A model generated the notes under the pieces. That model made no database searches. It was not told the DNA's origin and saw nothing but the letters and a program-made list of their open reading frames with translations. A DNA stretch of 64,000 nucleotides from Gammaproteobacteria bacterium TMED112 (GTDB taxonomy: Bacteria > Pseudomonadota > Gammaproteobacteria > Magnimaribacterales > TMED112). Below are positions 40,806-50,389 of this stretch, piece after piece. The stretch spans positions 52,714-116,713 of the forward strand of contig NHFN02000017.1 in the NCBI GenBank assembly GCA_002170245.2, read 5' to 3'. Each line of letters starts with the position of its first letter. Within the stretch, counting starts at the first letter, position 1. The translations under genes were made by a program, and so were the position numbers.

Positions 40806-41792
40806 ATGAAGGTAGTAGTTACAGGAGCAGCAGGTCAAATAGCATATTCACTTGTGCCTTTTTTGTGTGAAGAAGGCGTTTTTAGTTCGTCACAAAAAAT
40901 TGATCTAAAATTAGTTGAAATTCCTCAGGCTATGGAGAGACTTAATGGTTTTGTCAAAGAACTCGAAGATTCTGCATATTCAACTGTTAACTCAATCTCA
41001 ACCTTTGATAATATTCACGATGCAACAATTGACGCAGATTGGTGTTTATTAGTCGGATCAATTCCCAGAGGTATAGTGCTGAATGGTAAAGAAATTAAAG
41101 AACGTTCAGATCTGCTTAAAATTAATGGTGGAATTTTTACCGAACAAGGCGCTGCAATAGGTAAAAACGCAAAATCCTCTTGTAAGGTTTTAGTTGTGGG
41201 GAATCCTGCTAATACAAATGCACTTATCGGGAAAATAAATTCAAATAATAATGATCAGTTGTGGATGGCTATGACAATGCTTGATGCTTTAAGAGCAAAA
41301 GCTCAACTTGCACAAAAGTTAAATTGTCATGTGGATGATATTTATCGGTTAGCAGTATTTGGCAACCATAGTCCGACTATGTTTCCAGATTTAGAAAATA
41401 CTTTTATTGACGGTAAAAATGCCTATGAAACTGTAAATGATCATCAATGGGTAGTAGATGAATTTCTACCAAGGGTTCAGCAGCGTGGGGCTGAGATAAT
41501 TAAAGCCAGAGGAGCTTCGTCTGCTTCATCGGCTGCAAGAGCAGCATGCGAAACAGTTAGGGCTGTGGAGCATCCTACAAGGTCTGGTGATGTGTTTAAT
41601 GCAGCAATTATGAGTGATGGTGCATATGACATTCCAGCCGGAATATTTTCTGGTTTTCCTCTGATATCAGATGGTGCTGGCAATGTAGAAATAGTTCGAG
41701 ATTATGTGCTCAGTGATTTTGCAAAAAACGGTCTTAAGAAAACAGCATATGAGCTACTTGAAGAAAAAAATTTAGTTAAAGATTTAATTTAA
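40806..41792 (+). CDS. mdh: malate dehydrogenase
   Basis: TGAAGQIAYSL, VGNPANTNA and GNHS motifs. Confidence 0.95.
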   Translation: MKVVVTGAAGQIAYSLVPFLCEEGVFSSSQKIDLKLVEIPQAMERLNGFVKELEDSAYSTVNSISTFDNIHDATIDADWCLLVGSIPRGIVLNGKEIKERSDLLKINGGIFTEQGAAIGKNAKSSCKVLVVGNPANTNALIGKINSNNNDQLWMAMTMLDALRAKAQLAQKLNCHVDDIYRLAVFGNHSPTMFPDLENTFIDGKNAYETVNDHQWVVDEFLPRVQQRGAEIIKARGASSASSAARAACETVRAVEHPTRSGDVFNAAIMSDGAYDIPAGIFSGFPLISDGAGNVEIVRDYVLSDFAKNGLKKTAYELLEEKNLVKDLI

Positions 41793-42182
41793 ACACCAAC
41801 CTGATAAATCTATTTTATTTTGCAAATTTGGTCGATTTGTTTCGTATACTTGCCAGCTTATGTTTCCATTTTCATCGTAGTATTTTGCAGTCCCTTCCAA
41901 GCTGCCATTAGTAATAGGATACGTTGCTTTCACAATCCCATTTGGATACCACGTAATGAGCTGTCCATCTAATACTCCATTTTTATAATGAGATTGTTTT
42001 CCAATTTGACCATTTAGATACCATTTTTGATAAGTTCCATCTCGTACACCATTTTTTGTTGTATATCTTTCCATCAATTCTCCAGTTTTATAAAAAGTTT
42101 CTATTTTTTCAGTTAACAAAAAATTTGAAAACAATAAAATTACAAAAACTCTCTGAAATTTAACCACCTTGACCCCCACCAA
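41784..42182 (-). CDS. MORN-repeat-variant (YwqK-like) small protein
   Basis: Hydrophobic N-terminus, then repeated G..DG....WY.NG units (YQKWYLNGQ, LITWYPNG, KYYDENG). Confidence 0.62.
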   Translation of the reverse strand: MVGVKVVKFQRVFVILLFSNFLLTEKIETFYKTGELMERYTTKNGVRDGTYQKWYLNGQIGKQSHYKNGVLDGQLITWYPNGIVKATYPITNGSLEGTAKYYDENGNISWQVYETNRPNLQNKIDLSGWCLN

Positions 42183-43170
42183 GCCCGAATGGCTCCCCCT
42201 TTATACATCCAAAAATATAGGGAAAACTCGGTGTTGTATGGTAATGATATTCATATCCATGGGGATTTTCATGGCTGTGACCATTACATTCATCAAGATA
42301 AATTTCTAAGTTATCTTTCTCAACATACTCATAGGCATCCCACACGTTTCTTTGAGGATTTTCACCGTCTATTAGTTCATAACTACTTTCTGGAACTACA
42401 ACATTTACTCCATCATTATTCGCATACTCATGTGGTCCAAATATTGGGAATCCATCTGGGGCGTAACCCATAATAAGCGAAAAATATATAATTTCAGGTT
42501 GTGGATCAGTTACTGGATTAGAACTTAATCCATTTGGATTGAAACATCTAATATTAAGTGCATGGTTATGATAAGCAAAGGCAGTATGACCACCACAATC
42601 ATCTAGGATATTGTTATAGACTGGATCGCCATAAGCTTGGTTTGCTGGTTGACCTCCTTCCGTCGGCCCAAAAATATTTAATCCGGTATTTGTAAATCCC
42701 ATATAACCCAGCACAACTGGGCCATTAGCACCAATATTTGTAGGTTCTCTAGATGGATCGAGAGTAGGCTCAAGGGGCACTCGCCATTCCTCATCTCTTT
42801 CAACCAAGTCATTTGGAGTCATTGGTATAAAGCTATAATGCGGCACAGAATTCGAATTTATTACTAAGTTTTCATTTGTACATGAAACTTGTAATCTTGG
42901 CATCATATTGTATTGTTCTCCTGGTCCAGGAGCTTCGCTAACATCTAAAAATGCTTCTTTGACATGTGTAGGGCAATTTTCATCCATTTCATAAACACCT
43001 GTTGGGGCTGGGGTTGGAGCTGGAGTTGGTGCTGGGGTTGGTGCTGGTGCTGAAGTTGGTGCTGGGGTTGGGGTTGGAATAGGTGTTGAAGTTGAATCAC
43101 CTCCGCCACCACCGCCACAAGCAGTTAAAAGTAAGATGGAGAAAACTGAAAATAGATTTCTCAAATACAT
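42160..43170 (-). CDS. YHYH-domain lipoprotein with a Pro/Thr/Ala linker
   Basis: Lipobox LLTAC, Gly run, (PTPA)n linker, and C-terminal [17 protein letters not shown]. Confidence 0.65.
   Translation of the reverse strand: MYLRNLFSVFSILLLTACGGGGGGDSTSTPIPTPTPAPTSAPAPTPAPTPAPTPAPTGVYEMDENCPTHVKEAFLDVSEAPGPGEQYNMMPRLQVSCTNENLVINSNSVPHYSFIPMTPNDLVERDEEWRVPLEPTLDPSREPTNIGANGPVVLGYMGFTNTGLNIFGPTEGGQPANQAYGDPVYNNILDDCGGHTAFAYHNHALNIRCFNPNGLSSNPVTDPQPEIIYFSLIMGYAPDGFPIFGPHEYANNDGVNVVVPESSYELIDGENPQRNVWDAYEYVEKDNLEIYLDECNGHSHENPHGYEYHYHTTPSFPYIFGCIKGEPFGLGGGQGG
43000..43090 (-). repeat. low-complexity coding repeat (PTPAPT linker)
   Basis: Degenerate GGTGCTGGGGTTGG-type units on the + strand encode [26 protein letters not shown]. 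Confidence 0.8.
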
Positions 43171-43172
43171 TT

Positions 43173-44636
43173 TTACTTCAGAGTGGGAAAAAGGACGACA
43201 TCTCTTATAGAGCTTTTATTTGTAGCAAGCATTACTAATCTATCAATGCCTAACCCAACACCAGTCGCTGGTGGCATTCCATACTTTAATGCGTTGATGT
43301 AATCATCATCAAAAGCCATTGCCTCTTGATCACCCAAATCTTTTTGTTTGAGTTGCATATCAAACCTTTCTTCTTGATCAATCGGGTCATTTAACTCACA
43401 GAAGAAGTTAGCAAACTCTCTACCTGCTATAAATAGTTCAATCCTATCCGTGTAATTCTTGTTATCATTTTTTCTTCTTGATAATGGTGATACTTCATAT
43501 GGATAGTCTTTTACAAACGTCGGTTTCCATAAATTTTTCTCCACATGCTCTTCGAAAAGTTCTAAAAGAATTTTTCCCCATCCCCAATCACTTTTTACTT
43601 TTAATCCAGTTTTTTTAGCGGCATCAAATATTTGTTTTTCTGTATTAAGTGCTATGTCTAATTTTTCCTGTACCAAATCCTTTAAAGACTTAACTTCAAA
43701 GTCACTTGCCAAATTGAGCTCCTTTTCTTCATAAATGATGCTAAGTGAGTCATTAACTGCAGAAATGCTGTCTTGGACTAATTTCTGAACAAATAAAGTT
43801 GTTCTATCCAATGATCCATATGCCTCGTAGAATTCAAGCATAGTGAATTCTGGATTATGTATAGTTGATAAGCCTTCGTTTCTGAAATTTCTATTAATTT
43901 CAAAAACTTTCTCAAAACCTCCGACCAGCAATCTTTTTAAATATAATTCTGGAGCTATTCTCAAAAATAATTCTTTATCAAGTGCATTATGATACGTTTT
44001 AAATGGCTTAGCATTGGCACCTCCTGGAATAGGATGCATCATTGGAGTCTCAACCTCTAAGAATCCTGCTTCCTCTAAATTTTTTCGAATAGATTGAACA
44101 ATTTTATTTCTTTTTACAAAAACTTCCCTTGAATTTTTATTGCTCATCAAATCTACATATCTCTGTCTGTAGATAGTCTCTATATCAGTTAAACCTGCGT
44201 GTTTTTCGGGCATAGGATTTAAAGATTTTGTTAAAAGTTTAAAATCTTTGACTTCAATAGTAAGCTCGTCGGTCTTTGTTCTAAATAATGTTCCCTCGAT
44301 ACCAACAATATCGCCTAAATCTAAATCTTTAACCTCTTCAAGCCTTTGTTCTAAATTATTTTTTGAAAAATAAGCTTGTATACGACCTGAAAAATCTTCA
44401 ATTGTAATAAATACAACTTTGCCCATTTCCCTTTTAAGAACAACTCTTCCAGCATTGGAGGCTGTTTGGTTTTCCTTTTCTAATTCGTCTTTAGAAAGAC
44501 TTCCAAACTTTTCAATTAAATATGAAATATCATATTTTTTTTCAAAATCATTAGGATAATCAAAACCTTCTGAACGAAGTTTCTCTAATTTAACATTTCT
44601 ATCCTTTTGAACTTTTGATAAATCTTTAGTATCCAT
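43173..44636 (-). CDS. lysS: lysyl-tRNA synthetase (class II)
   Basis: OB-fold N-terminus and class II motifs [20 protein letters not shown] and [10 protein letters not shown]. Confidence 0.97.
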   Translation of the reverse strand: MDTKDLSKVQKDRNVKLEKLRSEGFDYPNDFEKKYDISYLIEKFGSLSKDELEKENQTASNAGRVVLKREMGKVVFITIEDFSGRIQAYFSKNNLEQRLEEVKDLDLGDIVGIEGTLFRTKTDELTIEVKDFKLLTKSLNPMPEKHAGLTDIETIYRQRYVDLMSNKNSREVFVKRNKIVQSIRKNLEEAGFLEVETPMMHPIPGGANAKPFKTYHNALDKELFLRIAPELYLKRLLVGGFEKVFEINRNFRNEGLSTIHNPEFTMLEFYEAYGSLDRTTLFVQKLVQDSISAVNDSLSIIYEEKELNLASDFEVKSLKDLVQEKLDIALNTEKQIFDAAKKTGLKVKSDWGWGKILLELFEEHVEKNLWKPTFVKDYPYEVSPLSRRKNDNKNYTDRIELFIAGREFANFFCELNDPIDQEERFDMQLKQKDLGDQEAMAFDDDYINALKYGMPPATGVGLGIDRLVMLATNKSSIRDVVLFPTLK

Positions 44637-45721
44637 GCTTCAAACTCTCTTTGATGAAGTTATTAATTTTACCATCTAATACAGACTGAGTATTTGTTTC
44701 CTCGTGCTTTGTTCTAATATCTTTAATTCTAGACTGATCAAGAACATAAGATCTTATCTGATTCCCCCACCCTATATCAGTCTTAGAATCTTCAATTTTC
44801 TTTATTTCCTCTTCTTTTTTCTGCAGCTCCATTTCGTATAATCTTGATTTCAACTGTTTTATAGCCCTATCTTTATTTTGATGTTGTGATCTTTGTGATT
44901 GGCATTGAACAACGAGTCCTGTTGGAATGTGTGTAAGCCTCACAGCTGAATCAGTTTTATTTACGTGTTGTCCTCCGGCCCCAGAGGCTCTGTAGGTATC
45001 AATACGTACCTGTGACATATCAAGGTCAATCTCAATATCGTCGTCTATTTCAGGTGAAACAAAAACTGCAGCAAAAGAAGTATGTCTTCTATTTCCTGAA
45101 TCAAAGGGTGATTTTCGAACAAGTCTATGAATGCCTGTTTCTGTTCTAAGCCATCCATATGCATATTGACCACTTATATGAATACTTGCACTTTTAATAC
45201 CTGCAACGTCACCACCGGAATATTCCTCTATCTTAACTTTAAAGCCCATATCTTCTGACCATCGCATATACATCCTATATAACATTTCTGCCCAATCTTG
45301 TGCTTCTGTTCCACCTGAGCCTGATTGAATATCAAGGTAAGCATTATTTGTATCATTTTCCTTTGAAAAATATTTTTTGGTTTCAAGTGAATCTATTTCT
45401 GAATTTAATTCGGTCAGTGCAATATCTTGGGTTTTTAGTTCGTCGCTATCATTTAGCTCGATTGATATCGAAACTAGATCATCAATGTCTGCTATTTTTG
45501 CTTCAATACCACTAAATTCATTTACTTTTGCTTCTAGAACAGTCTTTTGCTTGTTGAATTCGTTTAATTTTTTGTGATCTTTCCAAATTTCCGGATCTTG
45601 CAGCTTATTTTCTATCGCTAATAAATCACTTGATAATTTTTCTGGGTCAAAGGAACCCCCTGAGATCATTCACCCTATCTTTTGTTTTTTGTAGAAATAA
45701 ATTTAGTTCAGCTTTATCCAT
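44626..45721 (-). CDS. prfB: peptide chain release factor 2, requires a programmed +1 frameshift
   Basis: Frame 0 is ATG 45721 through CTT 45650, encoding MDKAELNLFLQKTKDRVNDLRGFL, followed by an in-frame TGA. The +1 frame continues DPEKL... It contains the SPF and GGQ (SGAGGQHVNKT) motifs. The joined product is ~364 aa. Confidence 0.95.
45646..45661 (-). promoter_or_regulatory. RF2 autoregulatory +1 frameshift site
   Basis: The minus strand reads AGGGGG-TTC-CTT-TGA-C. This is an internal SD-like AGGGGG, 3 nt, then the CUU UGA C slippery/stop context, as in E. coli prfB. Confidence 0.88.
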
Positions 45722-46418
45722 TTTCGATAATTTTTATTAATTCATTTGCCGGCATATATCCAGAAAACATTCTTCCATCTTCTAAAATTATTGTAGGTGT
45801 TCCTGTTATACCAAGCAAACTTCCTTTTCTAAAGTGATCACTAACTGGATTAGGGCATTCTATTTGTTTAATTTCTTCTCCTTTTTTTAAGTCGGATAAA
45901 GATTGCCTTTGATCTTGGCTGCACCATGCACTCACCATATTTTTATAAACATTGCCAGTTAAACCATCTCTTGGAAATGCTAGATAATTTATTGTTAGAC
46001 CTTCATCAAGATAACTGTCTATTTCACTATGCAGTAGTCTGCAATATCCACAAGAAATATCAGTAAAAACGGTCAATTTATATTTCTCATTATTTGAGAT
46101 AAAGTTGATACTTTCATTGGTGTCAATTGTCGAGACAATATCTTTTATAAACTTTGTCTGGTATACATCATTTAAACTGGTAATTTGTCCTTCTTTGAGC
46201 TGAATTACCTCTCCAGCTAGTACAAATTCTAATGATTTTGACACATATAGAATTTGATTATTTGCCACATTTACCACATAAAATCCTGGAATTGAAGAGG
46301 CTTCAATGAAATTAATTGGAAGGCCTGATGGAAGAATTTTTTCAATTTTGTCTTTTAAGTTTTCTTCATTTGATAAAACAAAAAGAGATAAAAATAATGC
46401 TAACTTTATAAATCTCAT
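45714..46418 (-). CDS. dsbC: thiol:disulfide interchange protein DsbC
   Basis: Signal peptide and FTDISCGYCRLLH active site. Confidence 0.88.
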   Translation of the reverse strand: MRFIKLALFLSLFVLSNEENLKDKIEKILPSGLPINFIEASSIPGFYVVNVANNQILYVSKSLEFVLAGEVIQLKEGQITSLNDVYQTKFIKDIVSTIDTNESINFISNNEKYKLTVFTDISCGYCRLLHSEIDSYLDEGLTINYLAFPRDGLTGNVYKNMVSAWCSQDQRQSLSDLKKGEEIKQIECPNPVSDHFRKGSLLGITGTPTIILEDGRMFSGYMPANELIKIIENG

Positions 46419-47314
46419 TAGCCTCTTGGATGATGTTTCTTATGTAAATTTTTTACTTCATCTTGCGCAACATGTGTATAAATTTGAGTTGTAGCTAAAT
46501 CCGAATGTCCGAGTAATAACTGAACTGATCTTAAATCAGCACCATTATTTAACATGTGTGTTGCAAATGCATGCCTCAAAGTATGTGGATAAACTTCTTT
46601 TTTAACATCAACTTTTTTTAGGTAGGCTTTTATTCTATGCCAAAAGCTTTGTCTACTAATCTGTTTGCCATGCGTTGAAACAAATATATTATTATGATCC
46701 TTTCCTTTGGAAAGTTTTTCTCTAGATTCACTTAAGTATTTTTTAATCATGATAATTGCATCATTTGTTAAGGGTATTAATCTTTCTTTGCCACCTTTTC
46801 CAACCACTTGAACAGAACCTCTTGTTAGATCAACATTATGCATATTCAGGCTTATTAATTCACTTATTCTCATTCCAGTAGCATATAAGGTATATAACAT
46901 TGCTTTATCTCTCATCTCTATTGGTCGTAATTCATTTGGAGCATCTAATATTAGCTGAGTTTCATCTACTGTCAGAGTAGTAGGTAAAAATAGTCCTGAT
47001 TTTGGAGCATCTATATTTAACATAGGGTTGGTCTTTATATGCTCTACTGCAATAAGATATTTAAAAAAACTTTTTAAAGAAGATATGTTTCTTGCAATTG
47101 TTTTGGATGAAAAACCTTTGTCTAAAAGAAGACTTAGAAAAGATAATATTAAGAAATGATCAGCTTCAAGAACTGACTTATCGTTCTTTTCTAAAAAACC
47201 CCTTAATTTATTTAAATCATTCTTATAGGATTCAAGAGTATTTTGGGATAGATTTTTTTCTAGCCAGAGTGAATCTAAAAAAGTTTCTATAAGTAATTTT
47301 GACTCAGACTGCAC
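46418..47314 (-). CDS. xerD: site-specific tyrosine recombinase XerD
   Basis: HTLRHAFATHML and LGHSDLATTQIYTHV motifs. xerD-dsbC synteny. Confidence 0.92.
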   Translation of the reverse strand: MQSESKLLIETFLDSLWLEKNLSQNTLESYKNDLNKLRGFLEKNDKSVLEADHFLILSFLSLLLDKGFSSKTIARNISSLKSFFKYLIAVEHIKTNPMLNIDAPKSGLFLPTTLTVDETQLILDAPNELRPIEMRDKAMLYTLYATGMRISELISLNMHNVDLTRGSVQVVGKGGKERLIPLTNDAIIMIKKYLSESREKLSKGKDHNNIFVSTHGKQISRQSFWHRIKAYLKKVDVKKEVYPHTLRHAFATHMLNNGADLRSVQLLLGHSDLATTQIYTHVAQDEVKNLHKKHHPRG

Positions 47315-47661
47315 TAACTAATTTTTTCTTTAATCCTTGCAGATTTACCTGATCTTTCACGAATGTAATAGAGCTTCGATTGTCTTACCAAACCCTTTCT
47401 TTTTACAGTTATAGAGTCAATAAGGGTACTATGTGTTTGAAATGTTCTCTCGACGCCGACTCCATTTGAAATCTTTCGAACTATAAATGATGAGTTCAAC
47501 CCTCTATTCTTTTTACTTATAACTAAACCTTCAAATGCTTGAAGTCTTGTCCTTTGACCCTCTGTAACTTTAACTTTAACAACGACTGTATCTCCAGTTC
47601 TAAAATCAGGATGGTCTTTTAGCTGTTCTTCCTCTATTTTTTTTATAGTTTGATTAATCAT
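47314..47661 (-). CDS. rplS: 50S ribosomal protein L19
   Basis: [32 protein letters not shown] is collinear with E. coli L19. The internal ATG at 47661 fits better than the ORF-track start at 47676. Confidence 0.95.
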   Translation of the reverse strand: MINQTIKKIEEEQLKDHPDFRTGDTVVVKVKVTEGQRTRLQAFEGLVISKKNRGLNSSFIVRKISNGVGVERTFQTHSTLIDSITVKRKGLVRQSKLYYIRERSGKSARIKEKIS

Positions 47662-48388
47662 GTTTTTTTTTAACAAAGTCCCCGTATTGACGTAATAATA
47701 TCATTTCTTTTTCTGAAAGTTGTAATTGTTTAAATAAATCAGGTCGTTTTTCCTTTGTTACCCACAAACTGTTGGCCAGTTTCCACTCATTGACTTTTTT
47801 GTGGTCACCAGATAATAAAATTTCTGGGACTTTTTTTCCTTGGTGATCGCTGGGTCGTGTATAAACATGTCCTTTAAGTTTCCCTTCACTATGACTGTCT
47901 CTGTAAACTGAGTGTTTGTTGCCTATAACATCATCAATATTTCTTAAAATTGCATCTATGACCACTGAGGCTGCTATCTCACCTCCACTTAATACATAGT
48001 CACCTATCGATATTTCTTCATCTACATAGTTATCTATGAATCTCTGATCAATTCCTTCATATCTCCCACAGACAAAAGTTAAATCTTTTAATTTTGAAAG
48101 ATCTACTGCTTTAGTTTGGTTAAAAACCGTACCTTGTGGGGTCAAACATATTACATGGCCAGGTTTTTCAATGGTATTTAAGCTTTTTTCTAACGGCTCA
48201 ATACCCAAAACCATTCCTTCACCCCCACCGTATGGAGCATCGTCAATGCTGCCATAGTCATTATTAGAAAATTCTTTTAAATCAATAAGTTTTAACTTTG
48301 CAATATTCTTCTCTATCGCTTTACCTGTAAGCCCCTTAAAAGAGGACTCTAGTATTTCTGGAAAAACTGAAATTACATTTATATTCAT
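47654..48388 (-). CDS. trmD: tRNA (m1G37) methyltransferase
   Basis: [29 protein letters not shown] and LSGGE motifs. Confidence 0.96.
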   Translation of the reverse strand: MNINVISVFPEILESSFKGLTGKAIEKNIAKLKLIDLKEFSNNDYGSIDDAPYGGGEGMVLGIEPLEKSLNTIEKPGHVICLTPQGTVFNQTKAVDLSKLKDLTFVCGRYEGIDQRFIDNYVDEEISIGDYVLSGGEIAASVVIDAILRNIDDVIGNKHSVYRDSHSEGKLKGHVYTRPSDHQGKKVPEILLSGDHKKVNEWKLANSLWVTKEKRPDLFKQLQLSEKEMILLRQYGDFVKKKHD

Positions 48389-48398
48389 ATGCTTTAAT

Positions 48399-49244
48399 TT
48401 ATGCTCTTTTTGTGTGCTCTATCAAGAGAGTTGGCACATTATTTGTATGAGACTTTATTGTTGCGACAAGTGTATCTTTTTTAAGCCCTTTTTTGATATC
48501 TGAAACTTCAATATTGTTTTTTAATAATCTTTCTCTTGCTGAATTAATATCTCTAACACCCCAGGCTAGACCCCATAGAAAATCAGCCGGTATAACTTTA
48601 TTATTTTTTTCTTCAATAACTTCAATTGTTGTTTTATTTAACCTAAAAAATAACATTCTTTTTTTCCAAGCTTCAACAAAGCTATCCAAAGCTAACCTTA
48701 TACCGTAAAGCTCTTTATATACTTTAATAAATCCATCACAATCGTTAGTTTTTACTACAACTTGTTCTAACTTTTTTATAGTACTTTTATCGCGCTCAAT
48801 AAAAGGTAACCTCTTTGATTTATGCTTTATAACGAAAGAGAATATTCCTCTTGTTATTTCTGGTGGCAAAAATTGATATAACCATTTTCTTTTCTCGTTT
48901 CGTTCACTCTCTCCTGCTCCTTGTGAAGTTTCTGATAAAAGGTATCCAAATTTAGTAGCTTTATTTTTAAATGCTTTTAAGTTTCTAGTTCCTAAGACTA
49001 AACCTAACAAACCATCACCATTTTTTTTAATACTATTTTTTACCAAGTCGGCGCCAACACCAGAGCCAGTTGCTGCTAACAGCTCAAAATATGTGTTTTC
49101 AAAATTAAAAAGGATATTTGAAGTTCCAAGTTCATTATGAACTCCTCTCCAAACCGGCTCAATACCAAAAATTTTTGTGTAATTTTCTTCTGCTGATTTT
49201 AAGTCTTCAACAGCAATAATTATGTGATCAATATTTTCAATCAT
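48399..49244 (-). CDS. VOC/glyoxalase-like domain protein
   Basis: IDHIIIAVEDLKSAEENY start typical of glyoxalase-like folds. 281 aa, apparently a two-domain protein. Inserted between rimM and trmD. Confidence 0.55.
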   Translation of the reverse strand: MIENIDHIIIAVEDLKSAEENYTKIFGIEPVWRGVHNELGTSNILFNFENTYFELLAATGSGVGADLVKNSIKKNGDGLLGLVLGTRNLKAFKNKATKFGYLLSETSQGAGESERNEKRKWLYQFLPPEITRGIFSFVIKHKSKRLPFIERDKSTIKKLEQVVVKTNDCDGFIKVYKELYGIRLALDSFVEAWKKRMLFFRLNKTTIEVIEEKNNKVIPADFLWGLAWGVRDINSARERLLKNNIEVSDIKKGLKKDTLVATIKSHTNNVPTLLIEHTKRA

Positions 49245-49260
49245 ATAAATTTAATAACCT

Positions 49261-49734
49261 TTACTCCCAAACTACATTAAGAGTATTTTTCTCTATTTCA
49301 AATTTGCCAAGAAATTGATCTTCTAATGGGATAATAATATCGTCATCAACTGTTTTGATGAATATTAAGTCAGATGCCCCGTGGTTTTCTAACTTATATA
49401 TTTTGCCTAACACTTTTAGGTTTTGATCCACAACGCTACATCCAATTAAATCATTCCAGTAGATAGCATCAGCATCTTTACGCATTTCTTCTATAGAAAC
49501 AAAGATCTCTTTGTTTACAAATTTTTTTACATCGTCAATTGAATTAATATTTTCAATTTTTGCAATAAAAGGTTGGCTAGAACTTACAAATATAAGATTT
49601 AAAGAGGATTTATTTTCAAGAAAGAAGTTCGAGTAGGTAAGAATATTTTCTATAGGGTCACAGTATGAGATTACTTTGATTTCACCTTTTAAACCGTGAG
49701 TTTTTCCGAATTTTGCAATGGGAATAATATCGAT
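49261..49734 (-). CDS. rimM: 16S rRNA processing protein RimM (non-canonical start)
   Basis: The open frame upstream of the listed 74-aa ORF encodes (I)DIIPIAKFGKTHGLKGEIKVISYCDP.., the RimM N-terminal domain. The PRC-barrel C-terminus follows. No ATG/GTG/TTG is available, so the candidates are ATC 49734 and ATT 49728 or 49725. Confidence 0.8.
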   Translation of the reverse strand: MDIIPIAKFGKTHGLKGEIKVISYCDPIENILTYSNFFLENKSSLNLIFVSSSQPFIAKIENINSIDDVKKFVNKEIFVSIEEMRKDADAIYWNDLIGCSVVDQNLKVLGKIYKLENHGASDLIFIKTVDDDIIIPLEDQFLGKFEIEKNTLNVVWE

Positions 49735-49735
49735 A

Positions 49736-50290
49736 TTATTTATCTTCTTTGTCTTCTGATTCTTTTTCTTCAGCCGGTGCTTCTTCGGCCGGTGCTTCTT
49801 CGGCAGCAGCTTCTTCGGCCGGTGCTTCTTCGGCCGGTGCTTCTTCGGCTGGTGCTTCTTCGGCAGCAGCTTCTTCAGCTGGTGCTTCTTCGGCCGGTGC
49901 TTCTTCAGCTGGTGCTTCTTCGGCAGCAGCTTCTTCAGCCGGTGCTTCTTCCTTAGCTGCCTCTTCTTGTTTCTTTAGTATCGCCTCTTGTTTCTTTCTT
50001 TGTAGTTGCTCTACCTTCTTTTCTTCAATTTTATTAATTTCTTCTTCAGACATTTTTGATCTTTTTAAAAGCATCAAAACCGTATCGCTTGGTTTTGCAC
50101 CTACAGATAACCAATGATCATATCTCTCATCATCAAATCTAATTTTTTCTTCTGTAGGTTTTGCTATTGGATTATAGAAACCTATCCTCTCTATGAATTT
50201 GCCATCTCTTTTGTTTCTTCGATCAGATACACATATGTGATAGAAAGGGCGTTTTTTTGCCCCTGCTCTTGAAAGTCTAATTACTACCAT
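49736..50290 (-). CDS. rpsP: 30S ribosomal protein S16 with a ~100-aa C-terminal extension
   Basis: [23 protein letters not shown] core, followed by a Lys/Glu-rich segment and 12 A[PA]AEE pentapeptide repeats. Confidence 0.93.
   Translation of the reverse strand: MVVIRLSRAGAKKRPFYHICVSDRRNKRDGKFIERIGFYNPIAKPTEEKIRFDDERYDHWLSVGAKPSDTVLMLLKRSKMSEEEINKIEEKKVEQLQRKKQEAILKKQEEAAKEEAPAEEAAAEEAPAEEAPAEEAPAEEAAAEEAPAEEAPAEEAPAEEAAAEEAPAEEAPAEEKESEDKEDK
49766..49951 (-). repeat. 15-bp tandem coding repeat with 60-bp higher-order period
   Basis: GCTTCTTC[GA]GC[CTA][GC][GC][TA] units on the + strand. The 60-bp blocks 49801-60 and 49861-920 differ only at synonymous sites. Confidence 0.9.
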
Positions 50291-50389
50291 TTTTGCTGTA
50301 TAATATTTGAAAATGGCATTTTACACCTTTTCTAACGAAGATTCACAAATTATTTCTTATTTTTTTGATTAATTTTATTTATTACACAA

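Noticed and set aside
41784-42182. YwqK-like protein as the antitoxin of a toxin-antitoxin or polymorphic toxin system
   Set aside because: No LXG/deaminase-type toxin gene is adjacent. The partner gene is a YHYH lipoprotein.
46418-47314. Tyrosine recombinase as a marker of an integrated mobile element
   Set aside because: It has full XerD motifs and the conserved xerD-dsbC-prfB-lysS synteny. No att-like repeats, tRNA or phage genes flank it.
49696-50117. ORFs of 86 and 122 aa on the + strand (LLRPVLLR.. and SSAGASSAG.. repeats), and a possible CRISPR-like array
   Set aside because: They are antisense or alternate frames of the S16 tail repeat. The 15-bp units are contiguous without spacers and lie in frame within rpsP.
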